A stretch of 64,000 nt of DNA from Callorhinchus milii (Eukaryota), in NCBI RefSeq assembly GCF_018977255.1, contig NW_024704742.1, positions 128,094,001 to 128,158,000 on the forward strand. Direction: 5' to 3'. Positions within the stretch are counted from its first letter, which is position 1, and each line of letters opens with the position of its first letter. The notes under the pieces were generated by a model that saw only the letters and a program-made list of their open reading frames with translations, ran no database searches and was not told the DNA's origin. A program made the position numbers and the translations under genes. Positions 60,311-64,000 of this stretch are shown piece by piece.

Positions 60311-61302
60311 GCTACTTTCCGTTTGGTACATTATGCGAATTTGTGCTTGTGCACCTATAAATAACTCTGATGCAATGTAAAATAAACATAAGATGACATT
60401 AAAGATGTAAAGTGAAACGATGCTTTGAAAATTGTATTAGCCATTTATAGGGCAAATTTGCCAATTTTGTTTCCCAAACGCTGGAGAATAACATTTAGTC
60501 CACATGGAAGAATGTGATCGGTGGAGCAGAATAACTGAGATTTGGAGCTATCTGAAGGGAGCCCCTCTCAACTCTCCGATGTCTCACCCCTACATCTACA
60601 TATTCTCACCCCTCTCTGTGATATCTCTGATCTGGGAATGCTCAGTGATGAGACTGATGGAAAAGGGAATCGATGCACCACCAGCTCTCATCTTGATGAG
60701 TTTATAATTCACTTGAGTGCAAATGGAAATTCATCTTATAATAAGCTTTGGATAATAATTTCGCCCACTATGTCTATTCACTTTACAGTATAATCTGTGA
60801 AACGTTTTGAGACATCTCAGAGACCTGAAAATGCGCTATATCAAATGAAAGTATTATTATTAATAATAAACAGCAAAGGGTTTCTGGCCTTGCCAATGTC
60901 AGTTTCCTCTCCAGTATCCACAGTTAATAATGTGAATACAAATGGACAGCCTGTCCAAAGAATTGACTCAAATAATGCAACTCCACAATGATTCATGCTG
61001 ATCTCTTGTTTGTTTGAAAAGGCAGAAAAAGCACCACTAATTACAGTAACCATACTCCCCTGCAACAATTGTTATTTTCCCCTCCTTCTTGGCTTATTTA
61101 TTAGCTGTGATTTCCACGGTATTTATTTTAGTTTGAATTTAGTTAAAAATATGGTTTTGCTGTTTCGATTTCATAAAGTTTTGCCTTTTTTTTAAAATGC
61201 ACTTTGCAAATATGTTTTAAGCTTGCTGTTGATTATTAAAAGTTATCTGGCTCAAATTACTCTGTAGCTATACTGACTAATAATAGCTCATGTGCTACAA
61301 TT

Positions 61303-61562
61303 GTGGAGGCCTGTAGCGCTTTGGTTAGAGCACTTATCTCGCAAGCGAGAGGACCCGGGTTCGATTCTCGAGCAGGACAGAACCTTAGGCAAGTTTCTTT
61401 ACTTGGATTAGTGATTGTGGGACACTGCTGTGCACAATTGACTGCCGCATTTTGCCCATAGAATATACAGTCAATTCACTTTACAGTATATTCCGTGAAG
61501 ACCTTCGAGACATCTCAATGAAGTAATAAGGTGTTGTATCAAATACAAGTATTATTATTATT
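61303..61562 (+). mobile_element. tRNA-SINE, internally deleted
   Basis: gtggaggcctgtagc..ggttagagcac..gggttcgattc..ggcaagtttc, then 3' module. Confidence 0.9.
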
Positions 61563-62364
61563 CCATTTTTTGGTGCATCCAATCTTTGTCCTTTGAAATC
61601 TAGCCCCTTATTGATGTTATTTTGCATCGAATGATGTTACTAAAATAATATAATCCATACAATTGAAATGAGACAGCAGCACCGAGCCGAACAGCTTCAA
61701 CTAGGAAGCTTAAAAAGTGATAGGCTTACATTTTCAAACATTCCAGGGCTGCCGGTGCCAGAGCTCAATGCAGCCATCTACACCTTTCAAATCCAGAACT
61801 AATCACTGTTTGTGCTCTTATACTGTTGTATCGCCGTTCAGTTTGTCACCCAAACCCTGTTCCCACACATCTGTGGATTCATTCATTGTTGCTCAAATTA
61901 CGTCTGATTATGACAACGCTTTGACCTTGACCTGGAATAAGTTACCAAGTTTAATTACTTGAGACGAAGTTCCATCTGCTAAGTGCCAGTTTCCAGTGAT
62001 GACCTAATCCTTTTGTGTAGCTTGTCAGCGTCTGCAACACATGATACAACCTTTTTTTTTACACTGTTGATTTTACCGCACTGACTAATTCCAAACTTTA
62101 TTTTTTGGGGAAAAAAAAACAACCATCATTTGTGTAGATCAATGTTCAATTTGTTTGCTTGTAATCATACCAATGCTCATATGAGAATAATTACACAGGT
62201 TTGACATTAACTGAGGCTGTTTTGCTATTACAAAAAAGACGGGGTGTGCAGTGCTCCACTCACTTCATTGCACAGTGAACTACTGATGTCTCACAAATCT
62301 GTGTGCCTACAGGAATTTCTTTGGAGGAGAAACACAGGTTACAGTGCAGGCATTTATTTCCAGT

Positions 62365-62720
62365 GGTTCTGTGAACTCACACAGTCTAGGCTGACAATCA
62401 AATGCAGTCCTGGGAGTGAGATGTATTGTTGGAGGTACCGTTCTTCAATAAGAAGTAAACCCAGGTCCCATCTGTCTGTTCAAGAGAATGTTAAACATCC
62501 ATTGCCACTATTCAAAAAATGAGGGGAGTTTCTCCCGGTGCGAGCCAACGATCTCTAAATAAACCTAATCGTTCAATTCATGACTTTCTGTGCGCAAAAT
62601 TAGTTGCTACGTTAGCCTACAAAATACACAGTCACTACACTTTACAGCCAATATTGTGAAACGTTTTAAGACATCCTCGTGACATGAAAGGTTCTATATC
62701 AAATGCAAGATTTTTTATTA
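62365..62720 (+). mobile_element. DeuSINE (head lost)
   Basis: gtctaggctgaca..gttggaggtaccg..aaacccaggtccca.ctgtctgttca..ggagtttctcccggtg, then tail. Confidence 0.85.
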
Positions 62721-62765
62721 TTTAAGCACACTATCATCTGTGTAAAGCATTTTGAGATACTTCAA

Positions 62766-63335
62766 TAACAACAACAACTTGTACTTATATAGCGCCCTCC
62801 ACGCCGGGCGGTGTCTCAGAGCACTTAACAATGGAGCCCAAGACTGAGCCAGGGGGAAGGTGACCGTAGGTGCAGTCGAAGAGGAAGGTCTTTGGGTGCG
62901 ACCTAAAGATGGGGAAGGAGGGGGCAAGGTGAAGGAGTTGAGGGAGAGAGTTCCAAAGTTTCGGGGTGTAGTGGCTGAAGGCACGGCCGCTGATGGTGGA
63001 GCAGAGGATTCGGGGGACACGGAAGAGGCTGGACCCAGTAGAGCGGAGGCAGCGGGTACTGCTGTGGGAAAACAGGAGGTTAGAGAGATAGGGGGGTGCC
63101 AAGGAAAGGAGGGATTTAAATACTAGAGTGAGGATTTTGAAATCGATCCGCTCTGTGACAGGGAGCCAGTGGAGTTTGGCAAGGACTGGAGTAATTGGGG
63201 TACGAAGTTTGGTGTGGGTGAGAATGCGGGTGGCGGAGTTTTGAATGAGCTGCATTTTGTGAATAGTGGAAGAGGGGAGACTGGCGAGGAGGGCGCTAGA
63301 GTAGTCCAGCCGAGAGGTGACAAAGGCATTGACAA
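62766..63335 (-). mobile_element. L2 LINE 3' end (subfamily 2)
   Basis: [48 protein letters not shown]; (TTG)n tail. Confidence 0.95.
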
Positions 63336-63554
63336 GGGTATATGATAAGGCATTGTATCAAAGGATTAAGGATTAAGGGTTATTATTATTTGGGTAGCTA
63401 TATTGGAAACAAATTCTTTGTTGAGAATTAACACCTGCATCCTTCTCAAGCAGAATTATTCATTCAATTACAGTACTTATAAAAAATGTAGTTTTGGGAC
63501 CTAACCAATTCATTGTTGCAAAACCCAAGACATTTTCACTGATAGGTTAGGGCA

Positions 63555-63992
63555 CATCCCTCCTCTGTCTCACCACCCCTCTATCTGTCTTCAAATTCCA
63601 CCTTGAAACCTACCTCTTCGACCATGCTTATGGCCACCTCCCTTTTACCCCAGCCTCTCATCCGTTCCAGTTCCAAGTCCACCCTGCCACTGACACTTTA
63701 ATACCATGGGCTTCTATTTTGCTTACAAGTCTCTTATGTCACACTTTATCAAAAGCCTTTTGAAAATCCATATAAACTACATCAACTGCACTACTTTCAT
63801 TCACCCTCTCTGCTACTTTATCAAAAAACTATTATCAGATTTGTTAGACATGATTTGTCTTTAACAAATCTGTGTTGGCTATCCTTTATGATTAAATCTG
63901 TGTTGGCTGTCCTCTGTCTGTCCAGCGCCTTGGGACGTCCTCCCGACATGAAAGGCGCTTTACAAGTGCAATTCTGTTGTTGTTGTTGTTGC
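63555..63992. mobile_element. cluster of L2 3' scraps (+) around a CR1 RT scrap (-, about 63725-63890)
   Basis: ttgaaaacctacctcttcgaccatgc; minus VDVVYMDFQKAFDKV; L2 tail gaaaggcgctttacaagtgcaattctgttgttgttg. Confidence 0.8.
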
Positions 63993-64000
63993 CACTGCAA

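Noticed and set aside
60504..60793. ORFs faintly resembling a Gypsy integrase C-terminal tail (..HLDEFI)
   Set aside because: Too short and degenerate, and no LTR, PPT or integrase core is visible.

Overview
Repeat-dense eukaryotic DNA with no host protein-coding exon that I can recognise, so probably an intergenic region or a large intron. The repeat content most resembles a cartilaginous fish, plausibly a chimaera; this is inferred from repeats only. Nearly all long ORFs in the track are decayed retrotransposon ORF2 pieces or antisense frames. Contents: one Tx1/L1-clade fragment, two L2 LINE subfamilies, CR1 LINEs (two long 5'-truncated copies, one old endonuclease-region copy and many scraps), Deu-domain SINEs, tRNA(Ala)-headed SINEs with a CORE-like segment that share their 3' module with the DeuSINEs, an LF-SINE-like fragment, a hAT-type MITE and a Tigger/pogo-type MITE. 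Most notable: (1) three minus-strand Penelope-type end fragments, each with a minimal hammerhead-ribozyme fold; the best (59910-59946) differs from the catalytic consensus at one base; (2) an unclassified A-tailed repeat of about 0.5-0.7 kb, present as at least nine pieces, one apparently inserted into a SINE with a short target duplication; (3) local inverted duplications, including a perfect 30-bp inverted repeat inside decayed SINE sequence. Boundaries were read by eye and are approximate unless junction sequence is quoted.
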